Below are positions 28,381 through 36,740 of a stretch of DNA of 41,819 nt, piece by piece. The stretch lies in the sequence record SRR31156797_617, one strand, 5' to 3'. Below the pieces are notes generated by a model. That model was not told the origin of the DNA. It did not search any database and saw nothing but the letters and a program-made list of their open reading frames with translations. The translations under genes and the position numbers were made by a program. Each line of letters begins with the position of its first letter. Positions within the stretch are counted from its first letter, which is position 1.

Positions 28381-28397
28381 GAGTAAAATAGACCTGA
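28381..28397 (+). repeat. Left arm of a perfect 17-bp inverted repeat (GAGTAAAATAGACCTGA)
   Basis: Exact reverse complement of 28937-28953. Confidence 0.92.
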
Positions 28398-28426
28398 CCT
28401 ACTTTTATTCTATATTAGTTTAAAAT

Positions 28427-28858
28427 TTAGGGTCTAGGTTCTAGTTCTCCAATGGTGGCTTTTATTCCACATCTTTCAGGTATAGTTACATTTAGAACTT
28501 TATCTACATGTCCTGACCAGTGAGTGCTTCCAAGAAAAGTATCACCATCCTTACACCCTGGGAAATGAACATAAAGTGAATTATGACTATTCCATACTGC
28601 AACATTAGCAATAAAAGGATTTCGTCTGGAATAAAAATCATATCTAATTTCATCATATGCCTGATCATAAGTGATATATATGATCCAAAGTTCTGGGTTG
28701 ACAATATTTGATTCGTTTGTTGTATTGACAGTTATTTGGCAACCCTTAATATTATCAGTTATATCACCATTTCTTGAGACAACGGTTTGAGCGTTGATGT
28801 TTAGAGTTGTAAAAATTGCAATAAGTGTAACTATTGCGAAGTTAATTTGTGCTTTCAT
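28427..28858 (-). CDS. Small secreted hypothetical protein
   Basis: Signal peptide MKAQINFAIVTLIAIFTTLNINA|Q; 143 aa, beta-rich, three Cys. Confidence 0.75.
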   Translation of the reverse strand: MKAQINFAIVTLIAIFTTLNINAQTVVSRNGDITDNIKGCQITVNTTNESNIVNPELWIIYITYDQAYDEIRYDFYSRRNPFIANVAVWNSHNSLYVHFPGCKDGDTFLGSTHWSGHVDKVLNVTIPERCGIKATIGELEPRP

Positions 28859-28936
28859 AATTCTTGTTTTAATTTATAATTATTGATAATACAAAGTAAA
28901 GATTAATAGTTCTTGTTAATTGTATTAGTTAAATAA

Positions 28937-28953
28937 TCAGGTCTATTTTACTC
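28937..28953 (-). repeat. Right arm of the 17-bp inverted repeat (TCAGGTCTATTTTACTC)
   Basis: Exact reverse complement of 28381-28397. Confidence 0.92.
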
Positions 28954-29224
28954 AGTACTAATTAATCTCATGCTTTCATTTGCGGTTAAATATAAGAAAA
29001 AATGTAAATTGAAAAAAATAATTGTTGTGAATTTGGTATTGGCTCGATTAAATAGACATAACACTTAGTATAATAAATAAAAAACAAAAGTATTTCAATA
29101 TGATATCTCATTAGAAAAGTTAGCCATTTCATGTTACTAAAACAACAAACAAGTATGAATAACCAGATATGCTTTCAACAATTCTTTCTGTTTTTCATTT
29201 AACAAATAGCTAAATTTATTAATT

Positions 29225-29815
29225 ATGAAAACTATTCTAACGACCTTATTTATATTAATATCAACGCTTCTAATTGCCCAGGTTCCTGTTGGAGCATATG
29301 AAGGTAGTCTTAAGCTTGCTTATGATAATGACACAAAAACCGTTACCGGGTATTATGAAAGTCATGCAGGATTTGACCAAAACACAGGTTCACCAAGGTT
29401 TTCTTGTGTTTTTTACTTGAAAGGGACTTTTACCGAAGGTATTGGAGATATCATTACCTATTATCCGGGTGATGAGGAGAATTATATCAGCGGTAAACTG
29501 AAATTTTATGGCGATGGTATTGTTTCAATCAAACTTGACAGGGAGCATGGAGGTTGTATGAATGTGCAGACCTTTTCGGACGCATTTCAACAGTTTCAGT
29601 TTTCGAAATTGGAAGAATGGAAAGCCATCAAATATGTGAAAACCGATAGAGCCTATTTCCACAATGAAAAATCTGACGAAGCAAGGCGCAAGGCCTATGT
29701 GGTTCAAAATGATATCGTTTATGTAGAAAAAATCGAGGGAGACTGGATGTATTGTGCCTATATCGGGAAATCAACCACCAAAGGCTGGATCAAGAAAAGC
29801 ATGTTGAACGATTGA
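29225..29815 (+). CDS. Secreted hypothetical protein with a probable C-terminal SH3b-like domain
   Basis: Signal peptide (LIA|Q); RAYFH...KAYVVQNDIVYV...GDW...TKGWIKK pattern. Confidence 0.65.
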   Translation: MKTILTTLFILISTLLIAQVPVGAYEGSLKLAYDNDTKTVTGYYESHAGFDQNTGSPRFSCVFYLKGTFTEGIGDIITYYPGDEENYISGKLKFYGDGIVSIKLDREHGGCMNVQTFSDAFQQFQFSKLEEWKAIKYVKTDRAYFHNEKSDEARRKAYVVQNDIVYVEKIEGDWMYCAYIGKSTTKGWIKKSMLND

Positions 29816-29850
29816 TATAAAAAGCTTATCTTTAGGCAAAAACAAGTACT

Positions 29851-30477
29851 ATGGACCTTGATAAGCTGGATAAACAATTAGGCGTTGTAAAACAATTCTT
29901 TACCATATTACTCTATGTGGTAGTAATCGTAATTGTGATCGTATTAAGCCCCCAAATCATCGACTTTTATAAAAATGCTGAACTATCTGAAAGCTCCATT
30001 TTAGGACACAAGTGGACTACAGAAGCATTAACTGAAACCAAAGAGGTTTTTGAAACTGCCATTAATGTAAACGATGATAAAGAAAGTGCAGAAGATACTG
30101 AAGCGGATAGTGCTACCCTGAAGTATAGTAAGAAGATTGAGATGATTGACATGCAGCTTCAACAAAAAGCTCCAAACAGGAAGGTTGAAAGTGACAAATG
30201 GATATTTGCAGGTACATATGATTTGAACTCTGATAAATGGATATCACGCTACCTTAATATAGATGGTAAAATAGATAGTAAGCAAATTTATCGACCAATA
30301 TCTAACATTAATATTAGGAATCAACCACCGAAATTTGTCAATGGTGCATGGAAAAAAGGTAGAATAGTTGGGGCGTTGAATCAAGAAGACTATATTGAAA
30401 TTAAGAATATAGAAACCATTCCGGGAACTGACTCAAGCGAGTTTTATTGGTTGAAAGTCCACGTTTTAAACAAATAA
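29851..30477 (+). CDS. Membrane-anchored hypothetical protein with a possible C-terminal SH3-like domain
   Basis: N-terminal TM helix; INIRNQPP...IVGALNQEDYIEI...YWLKV pattern. Confidence 0.6.
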   Translation: MDLDKLDKQLGVVKQFFTILLYVVVIVIVIVLSPQIIDFYKNAELSESSILGHKWTTEALTETKEVFETAINVNDDKESAEDTEADSATLKYSKKIEMIDMQLQQKAPNRKVESDKWIFAGTYDLNSDKWISRYLNIDGKIDSKQIYRPISNINIRNQPPKFVNGAWKKGRIVGALNQEDYIEIKNIETIPGTDSSEFYWLKVHVLNK

Positions 30478-30529
30478 TTTCATAAGATATTACGTTCATA
30501 TTCTATACAACTTGCTGATATAGTTTAAA

Positions 30530-31165
30530 ATGAAATTGTTTCTTGTATTTATAACATTATTAATTCCGCTACTCTCAGTTAGTCAGTCATTAAAGAGCAT
30601 TGAAATCTTTTACCCTGGTGGTAATATAAAGGAAACCTATACTGTGCTTGACTCATCACCTGTGGTAAAACATGGAAAATATCTCTTGAAATATGAGAAT
30701 GGAAATGTAAAAGAAATGGGGAAGTATAAAAATGGTAAGAAAACATCAGAATGGAAAACCTATTATTCCAATTCAAAGCTACGTTCCATAGGTGAATATG
30801 TTGATGGTAAACGTATCGGTATTTGGAACTTTTACAATAAAGAAGAAAAGCTAATCGAAATATTTGATGCGAATACCTGGAAAAAGAAACGAGATGTGAA
30901 TTATTTGCTTTCATTAGGGTGGAATTACATTGGATATCCGGCAATAGCAAAAGAAGAAGGGAAAGAAGGAATCGTTGAAATTACTTTTCATGTTGATACC
31001 AATTGTAATTGTTTGAATTTTGAAGTTGTATCTTATTCTGATCCAATCTTTACAAAAAAAGCATTGGAAGGTGTAAAACATATTACAGATCAGTGGCAAA
31101 AGGTTTTGGATATTGAATGTCAGGATACAATTGTTGCATTTCCTATAAACTTTCGGTTACAATGA
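30530..31165 (+). CDS. Secreted MORN-variant repeat protein with a C-terminal TonB-like domain
   Basis: YENGNVKEMGKYKNGKKTSEWKTYY repeats; YPAIAKEEGKEGIVEITFHVD...PINFRL TonB_C motif. Confidence 0.78.
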   Translation: MKLFLVFITLLIPLLSVSQSLKSIEIFYPGGNIKETYTVLDSSPVVKHGKYLLKYENGNVKEMGKYKNGKKTSEWKTYYSNSKLRSIGEYVDGKRIGIWNFYNKEEKLIEIFDANTWKKKRDVNYLLSLGWNYIGYPAIAKEEGKEGIVEITFHVDTNCNCLNFEVVSYSDPIFTKKALEGVKHITDQWQKVLDIECQDTIVAFPINFRLQ

Positions 31166-31662
31166 TCGAACACCACCCATTTCCACCATTTATCCCCAAA
31201 GGTTGTAATCGGCTGATTATTGGGAGTTTTCCCGGAAAGGAAAATACCCGTAACCCAACTGATGAAAGCTGGTCCTACGGAGCAAAACGGAATCAGTTTT
31301 GGCCCATCATGGAAGCGGTTTTTGAAACCAAATTACCTACTAAAAAATCAAAACAATCTTTACTTGCTGCTCATAAAATCGGAATGGCTGATATTATTCA
31401 AAGTTGTGAGCGCTCCAGGAACAGCAATCTGGATAGTAATTTGATCAATAAAACATACAATCCTCATTTAGAACAAATTATTACAAGTAATTCCATTAAA
31501 CAGTTATTATTTACAGGCAAGGGAGTAATGAATGAGTTTCAAAAACATTTTCTGGTTTCTGAAAAAATTAAACTTATTGCTTTACCATCACCTTCTCCGG
31601 CTTTTATGCGAATGACTTTCAAAGAGAAAGTGGTTGTTTATAAGCAAGTTTTATTAGGCTGA
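31162..31662 (+). CDS. Uracil-DNA glycosylase superfamily protein (family 6, hypoxanthine/deoxyinosine glycosylase-like)
   Basis: HPFPP, LIIGSFPG, RNQFW and LPSPSPA motifs; ATGA overlap with the upstream stop sets the start at 31162. Confidence 0.85.
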   Translation: MIEHHPFPPFIPKGCNRLIIGSFPGKENTRNPTDESWSYGAKRNQFWPIMEAVFETKLPTKKSKQSLLAAHKIGMADIIQSCERSRNSNLDSNLINKTYNPHLEQIITSNSIKQLLFTGKGVMNEFQKHFLVSEKIKLIALPSPSPAFMRMTFKEKVVVYKQVLLG

Positions 31663-31708
31663 AAAACAATCTTTTACTTTAAAATTTCATATTGCGCATA
31701 TCATTTTT

Positions 31709-31716
31709 TAGCTTTG
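31709..31716 (+). promoter_or_regulatory. Bacteroidota -7 promoter element (TAGCTTTG)
   Basis: Exact TAnnTTTG just upstream of ATG 31730. Confidence 0.6.
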
Positions 31717-31729
31717 CGGCAAAAAAGGG

Positions 31730-32833
31730 ATGTTTTGTGATTTAGCTCCAAAAAATATCGAAGAACTTCAAACAACTAATGTGCTGCCTCAAACAACGTT
31801 TTGGGGAAGAGTTAAACGAGATCAGGGTTTTATACCCAGGGGCTTTGAGTTGACCATTTCTAAAGATGTGTTGGTGAGTGTAGGGAGTTCGGTTGAAAAG
31901 CGAAGTGAAGACTTATTGATACTTATCAAGTATGTGGATCGTAATACATGTTTTGCATATGTCCCATATGGCCCCAAATTGGAGCCTGATTTTGAAAATC
32001 AGGGTCTATTCTTAGAGAATCTTTCTGAAACAATTAAACCCTATTTGCCATCTAATTGTATTTTTATCCGCTATGATCTGATTTGGGAAAATCAATGGGC
32101 TGCAGAGGATACATATTTTGATAATAATGGGAACTGGATTGGGCCACCTCCGGATCATACGCAGGAGTATCGGGTAAATTTTAGTACCGTAAAGTGGAAC
32201 CTGCATAAAAGTATTGAGGATAATTTGCCAAAAAACACCTTTTTTCTTGATTTGACACTTAATGAGCAGGATTTACTCTACAATATGAGATACAACACCC
32301 GTTATAATGTTCGCAAGGCTTTTAAAAAAGGAATCAGAGTCAGAGAATATGGTATTGAACAAATAGATGACTGGTACAAATTATATCTCGATACTGCTCA
32401 CAGACACCAAATGGCAGTGCAGGACCGGGAGTTTTTTACTGCAATACTAAAAAATCAGGATAACACCCAAAAAGGTGTTAAAGTAAAAATGTTGATGGCC
32501 GATTTGGATGGCGAATTTCTTTCATCCATGTTTTTGGTCCTTTCAAAATCGAGAGGAACATATCTCTATGGCGCTAGTACGTCTTGCGAAAATAATTTGA
32601 TGGCAAGCTATGCGTTGCAATGGGAATCTATCCGATTATCCAAAAAATGGGGATGTACAGAATATGACATGTTTGGCTCAGCTCCCAATTTAGACAGCGC
32701 GCATCCATTACATGGGGTACACGTGTATAAAAAAGGATTTGGTGGTAATTTGTTTCACAGGATGGGTTGTTGGGATTATCCTTACAATCAAAATCTGTAT
32801 GATCTGTACCGAATACAGGAAATTAAAAAGTAA
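31730..32833 (+). CDS. FemABX-family aminoacyl-tRNA-dependent peptidyltransferase
   Basis: QTTFWGRVK, YVPYGP, T..LDL...DLL.NM..NTRYNVRKA, YLYGAS, YALQW, YDMFG and YKKGFGG motifs. Confidence 0.88.
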   Translation: MFCDLAPKNIEELQTTNVLPQTTFWGRVKRDQGFIPRGFELTISKDVLVSVGSSVEKRSEDLLILIKYVDRNTCFAYVPYGPKLEPDFENQGLFLENLSETIKPYLPSNCIFIRYDLIWENQWAAEDTYFDNNGNWIGPPPDHTQEYRVNFSTVKWNLHKSIEDNLPKNTFFLDLTLNEQDLLYNMRYNTRYNVRKAFKKGIRVREYGIEQIDDWYKLYLDTAHRHQMAVQDREFFTAILKNQDNTQKGVKVKMLMADLDGEFLSSMFLVLSKSRGTYLYGASTSCENNLMASYALQWESIRLSKKWGCTEYDMFGSAPNLDSAHPLHGVHVYKKGFGGNLFHRMGCWDYPYNQNLYDLYRIQEIKK

Positions 32834-32859
32834 TGCTTTTACCAGAAATCCACGGTATT

Positions 32860-32913
32860 ATTCTACCAATTAAACTGCTTATTTGACGAGTCGAAATACT
32901 GATTTCCCCATTC
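32860..32913 (+). promoter_or_regulatory. Putative LytTR binding site (three imperfect direct repeats, 21-bp period)
   Basis: ATTCTACCAATT (32860), ATTTGACGAGTC (32881) and ATTTCCCCATTC (32902) upstream of an operon containing a LytS/LytTR pair. Confidence 0.4.
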
Positions 32914-32984
32914 AGCAACTATTTCTATTTTGTAAGTTATACATCCTTTTACTTTGACGATTATTAATCAAAAAACTTAAAAGG

Positions 32985-33818
32985 ATGAAAACTATAACTG
33001 TTTTAATTTTGACTTTTACTTTTGGGGTTTTCTCTTCAAAAGGACAGAATACGGTAATTGATCATTATTTTGGAATTAATCCAACTGATATTCAAAGCGA
33101 AAGCGCTGAAGGTCAGAGATATGATGTGACTTTAAAATGGCAAAACCTGCAAGCACTGAGTGGTGTGAAAATCAATTGTAATGCTGTGAATGCCACTTAT
33201 ATTGTTGAGCCCAATAATGAAAAAGTGCGGTGGAAAAATGTAAGTCTTGCACATATTACGGACTTCTCGCAAAAAACTTTCTCAGGAGCAAAACTACCCG
33301 CCTTTGATCAATTTACCTACAAAGCAATAGATACAGCTTTTTTATCTGAAAAATTCTATGAGAAAATTCCTGCAGATCAAAGGGATCTGGCAAAATGGCT
33401 TGTTTCTGATGCTATTCAAATGCAAGGATTAGCCTGGTATATTTTTGATAGTCTGGAGTATAAAGAAGAGTTTGTTCCTGAACTTTTGTCTAACTATGAC
33501 ATAAAATTTGAAGATTGGGTTACATTTACCAGCCGCTATCAAAAACTGAAATGGACCGGGATAAGTGAACATAATGGAGAAGTTTGTGCCATTGTCGAGT
33601 TTGAATCATATTATAATCCTGTGAAAATTGATAATGAACAAATGAAGATAAAAGGCCGCTCACTTTATTATGGTCAAATGTGGGTGTCATTAAAAGATAA
33701 GCAGGTAGAGTACGCTAAAATGTTTGAAGATGTGATAATGGAAATAAACAACGCTATGTTTCCGGAACCGCAATTAATAGACTTGCAACGTGAAATAGTT
33801 TTTAATAAACAGAAATAA
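32985..33818 (+). CDS. Secreted hypothetical protein
   Basis: Signal peptide (SKG|Q); 277-aa ORF directly upstream of the histidine kinase. Confidence 0.75.
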   Translation: MKTITVLILTFTFGVFSSKGQNTVIDHYFGINPTDIQSESAEGQRYDVTLKWQNLQALSGVKINCNAVNATYIVEPNNEKVRWKNVSLAHITDFSQKTFSGAKLPAFDQFTYKAIDTAFLSEKFYEKIPADQRDLAKWLVSDAIQMQGLAWYIFDSLEYKEEFVPELLSNYDIKFEDWVTFTSRYQKLKWTGISEHNGEVCAIVEFESYYNPVKIDNEQMKIKGRSLYYGQMWVSLKDKQVEYAKMFEDVIMEINNAMFPEPQLIDLQREIVFNKQK

Positions 33819-33836
33819 CCGTTAAATTTATTGAAA

Positions 33837-34865
33837 ATGAAAAAGACTGCAATCATAATTATTGCGCTGCTATTATTTAGCATCATATTTTCATTGCTGA
33901 TTAAATGGGTGCAGACCGGTAATCCATTCCGCGCTGAAACAATCATGTTTGGAGCTATTGTTTTTCTGAATACAATTGTGCTTTTCCGCATTGCAGGCTG
34001 GTTATTTAAAAAATACGCCACTAAAAATACCAACCAACTTAAAAGGAATCTGCTACCAGCTTACTTACTTTTTGTGTTGGCTGCCTTGGGTTCTTCCCTT
34101 GTAATTGTCAGTCTGGGTGTATATGTTTTTTACCTTATTAAGGGTTTGGATACTTCTCATTTTATTGAACAATTACTATTTGTTGAATTAGCATCCGCTG
34201 TTAAACAATTTGCTGTCTGGATCTTAATCGGATCAGCATTCTTTTTTTACATTATCTGGCGTAAAGCTATTGAGCGGGAACAAAAGTTGCGTGTAGAGAA
34301 CCTCAAGTATAAATACCAGAATTTGAAAGCCCAGGTTAATCCTCATTTTTTGTTTAACAGTTTCAATACACTGTCTGAAATGGTGTATGAAGATTCAAAA
34401 AAAGCAGATAATTATATTCAGAAGTTGTCTGGAATATATCGCTATATTTTGGAAAATGAAGAGGTTGATTTGATATCATTAAAACAGGAAATTGAGTTTG
34501 TAAAACAGTATTTTGATTTGCAAAAAATGCGCGACAATGATAAAATTCAATTAGATATACAAATAAAGGATTCTCAACAAATAAAAATAGTCCCGGTCTC
34601 GTTGCAAATACTGGTTGAGAATGCATTAAAACACAATGCGAGATCGGTAAAATCACCACTGATTATTCAAATCTACCTGATGGAAAATTATATTGTGGTT
34701 TCTAACAATATTGACAAAAAGAATATTGTAGAAAATAGTTCCAAAACAGGTTTATCAAATTTACGAGAGCGGATAAAACTCATTTGTAAACAAGATTTAA
34801 TTGTTTTGAATGATCACAAACAGTTTATTGTTAAACTCCCTTTTATTGTTGACTCCGAAAAATGA
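33837..34865 (+). CDS. LytS/YehU-type sensor histidine kinase
   Basis: Four TM helices; LKAQVNPHFLFNSFN, SLQILVENALKHN and TGLSNL motifs; ATG 33837. Confidence 0.92.
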   Translation: MKKTAIIIIALLLFSIIFSLLIKWVQTGNPFRAETIMFGAIVFLNTIVLFRIAGWLFKKYATKNTNQLKRNLLPAYLLFVLAALGSSLVIVSLGVYVFYLIKGLDTSHFIEQLLFVELASAVKQFAVWILIGSAFFFYIIWRKAIEREQKLRVENLKYKYQNLKAQVNPHFLFNSFNTLSEMVYEDSKKADNYIQKLSGIYRYILENEEVDLISLKQEIEFVKQYFDLQKMRDNDKIQLDIQIKDSQQIKIVPVSLQILVENALKHNARSVKSPLIIQIYLMENYIVVSNNIDKKNIVENSSKTGLSNLRERIKLICKQDLIVLNDHKQFIVKLPFIVDSEK

Positions 34866-35611
34866 AAGTACTAATTATCGAAGATGAAAAGCCTGCTTCA
34901 CAGAAGCTAATAAGATTGCTCCGGGATAACAGTCCGGGGATTGAAATTATGGATGTATTGCGTTCTGTGGAACAATCTGTTAACTGGTTCTCAGCTAACC
35001 CCGATCCCGACCTTATTTTTATGGATATTCAATTGGAAGATGGAATCTGTTTTGAGATTTTCGAGAACTACAAACTTCAAACACCTGTAGTTTTTACAAC
35101 GGCATATGATCAATATACTTTAAAGGCTTTTAAAATAAATAGTATTGATTATCTCTTAAAACCTGTCAGTGAAGAAGAGCTAAAAGGAGCAATGGAAAAG
35201 TACAATGCACTGCACACACCATTTAGTCCGGGTAAAATTGAAACTATGATTGAACAATTTAAACCTGCCGTCAAAGAGCGATTTCTGGTGAAGGTTGGAG
35301 TTCATTATAAAACGATTCAAGCTTCAGATATTAACTGTTTTTATATTAAAGAGCGCTGCAACTTCATGTTGCTTAATACAGGAAAAAGTTACCCGGTTGA
35401 TTACTCCCTTGATAAAATTGAACAGTTGGTAGATTCAAATCAGTTTTATAGAGTAAGTCGCAATTTTATAATTAACTTATCTGCTATAGCGGATATTATT
35501 GCCTATTCCTCACATAGATTGAAAGTTGTATTAGACAGTTGGGTTGAACAAGATGAAATTATTGTGAGCAGAGACCGTGTGGCAGGGTTTAAGGAGTGGA
35601 TGGACAGGTAG
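34862..35611 (+). CDS. LytTR-family response regulator
   Basis: IIEDE, MDIQLEDG, FTTAYD, DYLLKP; FYRVSR and VSRDRV..FKEW motifs; ATGA overlap with the kinase. Confidence 0.93.
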   Translation: MKVLIIEDEKPASQKLIRLLRDNSPGIEIMDVLRSVEQSVNWFSANPDPDLIFMDIQLEDGICFEIFENYKLQTPVVFTTAYDQYTLKAFKINSIDYLLKPVSEEELKGAMEKYNALHTPFSPGKIETMIEQFKPAVKERFLVKVGVHYKTIQASDINCFYIKERCNFMLLNTGKSYPVDYSLDKIEQLVDSNQFYRVSRNFIINLSAIADIIAYSSHRLKVVLDSWVEQDEIIVSRDRVAGFKEWMDR

Positions 35612-35796
35612 TTAAACATTCATGTTTCTGTGACTTATAAGAAAGGGAGAGTTTCAAATATTTATACAGGATAAATATTTACCTGGTATAAAAATAGGGA
35701 ATACTTAATTTTAACTGAGAAAACCTTGATGACAGGAAATCGTGCTTAAAAAGATTCTAAACTAGCTTTACGATAGAATTTTAGTACAGAAATTTT

Positions 35797-35804
35797 TATT
35801 TTTG
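35797..35804 (+). promoter_or_regulatory. Bacteroidota -7 promoter element (TATTTTTG)
   Basis: TAnnTTTG about 22 nt upstream of ATG 35827. Confidence 0.5.
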
Positions 35805-35826
35805 GGCAAATTCAAATTGAAAACAA

Positions 35827-36696
35827 ATGAGATTCACACTCTTAATTATTATTACCACATTTTTGCTTTTAAGTTTAAATAGTTTCGGTCAGGACCTAGT
35901 GGTTACAATGGAAAATGATTCAATCAATTGTAAAATCACCAAGGCTACCCAAGGGCACATATACTTTTATTTTTATAATGGTGATGCGATTAAAGATACC
36001 ATGCTTACTAAAGATGAAGTAAAATCATTTGCCAGAGGTTTTTATGATTATTCAATAGAGAGACCAGAAGTAGTAATTGAAAAAAACAGTTTTAAAGATT
36101 CTCGATTGGCTATTAATGGGGGTTTTGCAAGAATTATTTTCTATGACGACATTAATAATGAGGCATTTGAAAGTTATCTGGAGGATATAAAAAACGGATA
36201 CCATTTAGGTGTCAATATTGTAAGGTTTTATCGTGATCAATGGGGAGTAGGATTAAATTATAATCTCTTTAGGTCAACAGCCAGTAAAATGAAAGTTACA
36301 GTTCACTATGACGATGGTGAGTCAGCAATAGGGGATATGAAAGATAACATATCCATTCATTACTTTGGCCCGTCATTTAATTATAGATGGGCGAAAAGTG
36401 AAAAATATAGTTGGCACGCCAGCGCATCAATAGGCTATATAAGATACATCAACGATTTTGTGTTAATTGACGATTATACATTAACCGCTGAAACTTTTGG
36501 AAGTTCATTCAGTTTAAGTATTGATTATATTGTATCAGAAAATTTTGCTATCGGTACTGAGGCAAGTGTATTTCTGGGTACTTATAACAAATACAGAATT
36601 GAAAGTGGTGATTATTCTGATTCATTTAAATCAGATGATGAGTATTTTACAACATCACATTTTGATCTATCAGTGGGTTTAAGATTCAATTTGTAA
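35827..36696 (+). CDS. Outer-membrane beta-barrel protein with a small N-terminal domain
   Basis: Signal peptide (SFG|Q), QDLVVT..NDSINCKI N-domain, amphipathic strands, C-terminal LSVGLRFNL. Confidence 0.75.
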   Translation: MRFTLLIIITTFLLLSLNSFGQDLVVTMENDSINCKITKATQGHIYFYFYNGDAIKDTMLTKDEVKSFARGFYDYSIERPEVVIEKNSFKDSRLAINGGFARIIFYDDINNEAFESYLEDIKNGYHLGVNIVRFYRDQWGVGLNYNLFRSTASKMKVTVHYDDGESAIGDMKDNISIHYFGPSFNYRWAKSEKYSWHASASIGYIRYINDFVLIDDYTLTAETFGSSFSLSIDYIVSENFAIGTEASVFLGTYNKYRIESGDYSDSFKSDDEYFTTSHFDLSVGLRFNL

Positions 36697-36740
36697 GGAA
36701 TTGACTAAAAACTTTTTTTTGAAAACTAATAATATTAAAA

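Larger units (their letters stand above)
28381..28953. mobile_element. IR-bounded single-gene segment: invertible region or non-autonomous mobile cassette
   Basis: 573-bp segment between perfect 17-bp IRs holding exactly one gene in opposite orientation to its neighbours; no TSD or recombinase seen. Confidence 0.5.

Noticed and set aside
31117-31161. ORF-track N-terminal extension of the UDG gene
   Set aside because: The ATGA overlap at 31162 and the HPFPP motif near the start indicate the true start
30530-31165. MORN-variant protein as a YwqK-type antitoxin
   Set aside because: It has a signal peptide and TonB_C domain and no adjacent toxin
824-34659. Many 60-125-aa ORFs antisense or out of frame within recognised genes (e.g. 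3402-3695, 4926-5210, 21668-21985, 30579-30950, 33674-34033)
   Set aside because: They overlap well-supported CDS and show no motifs or plausible composition
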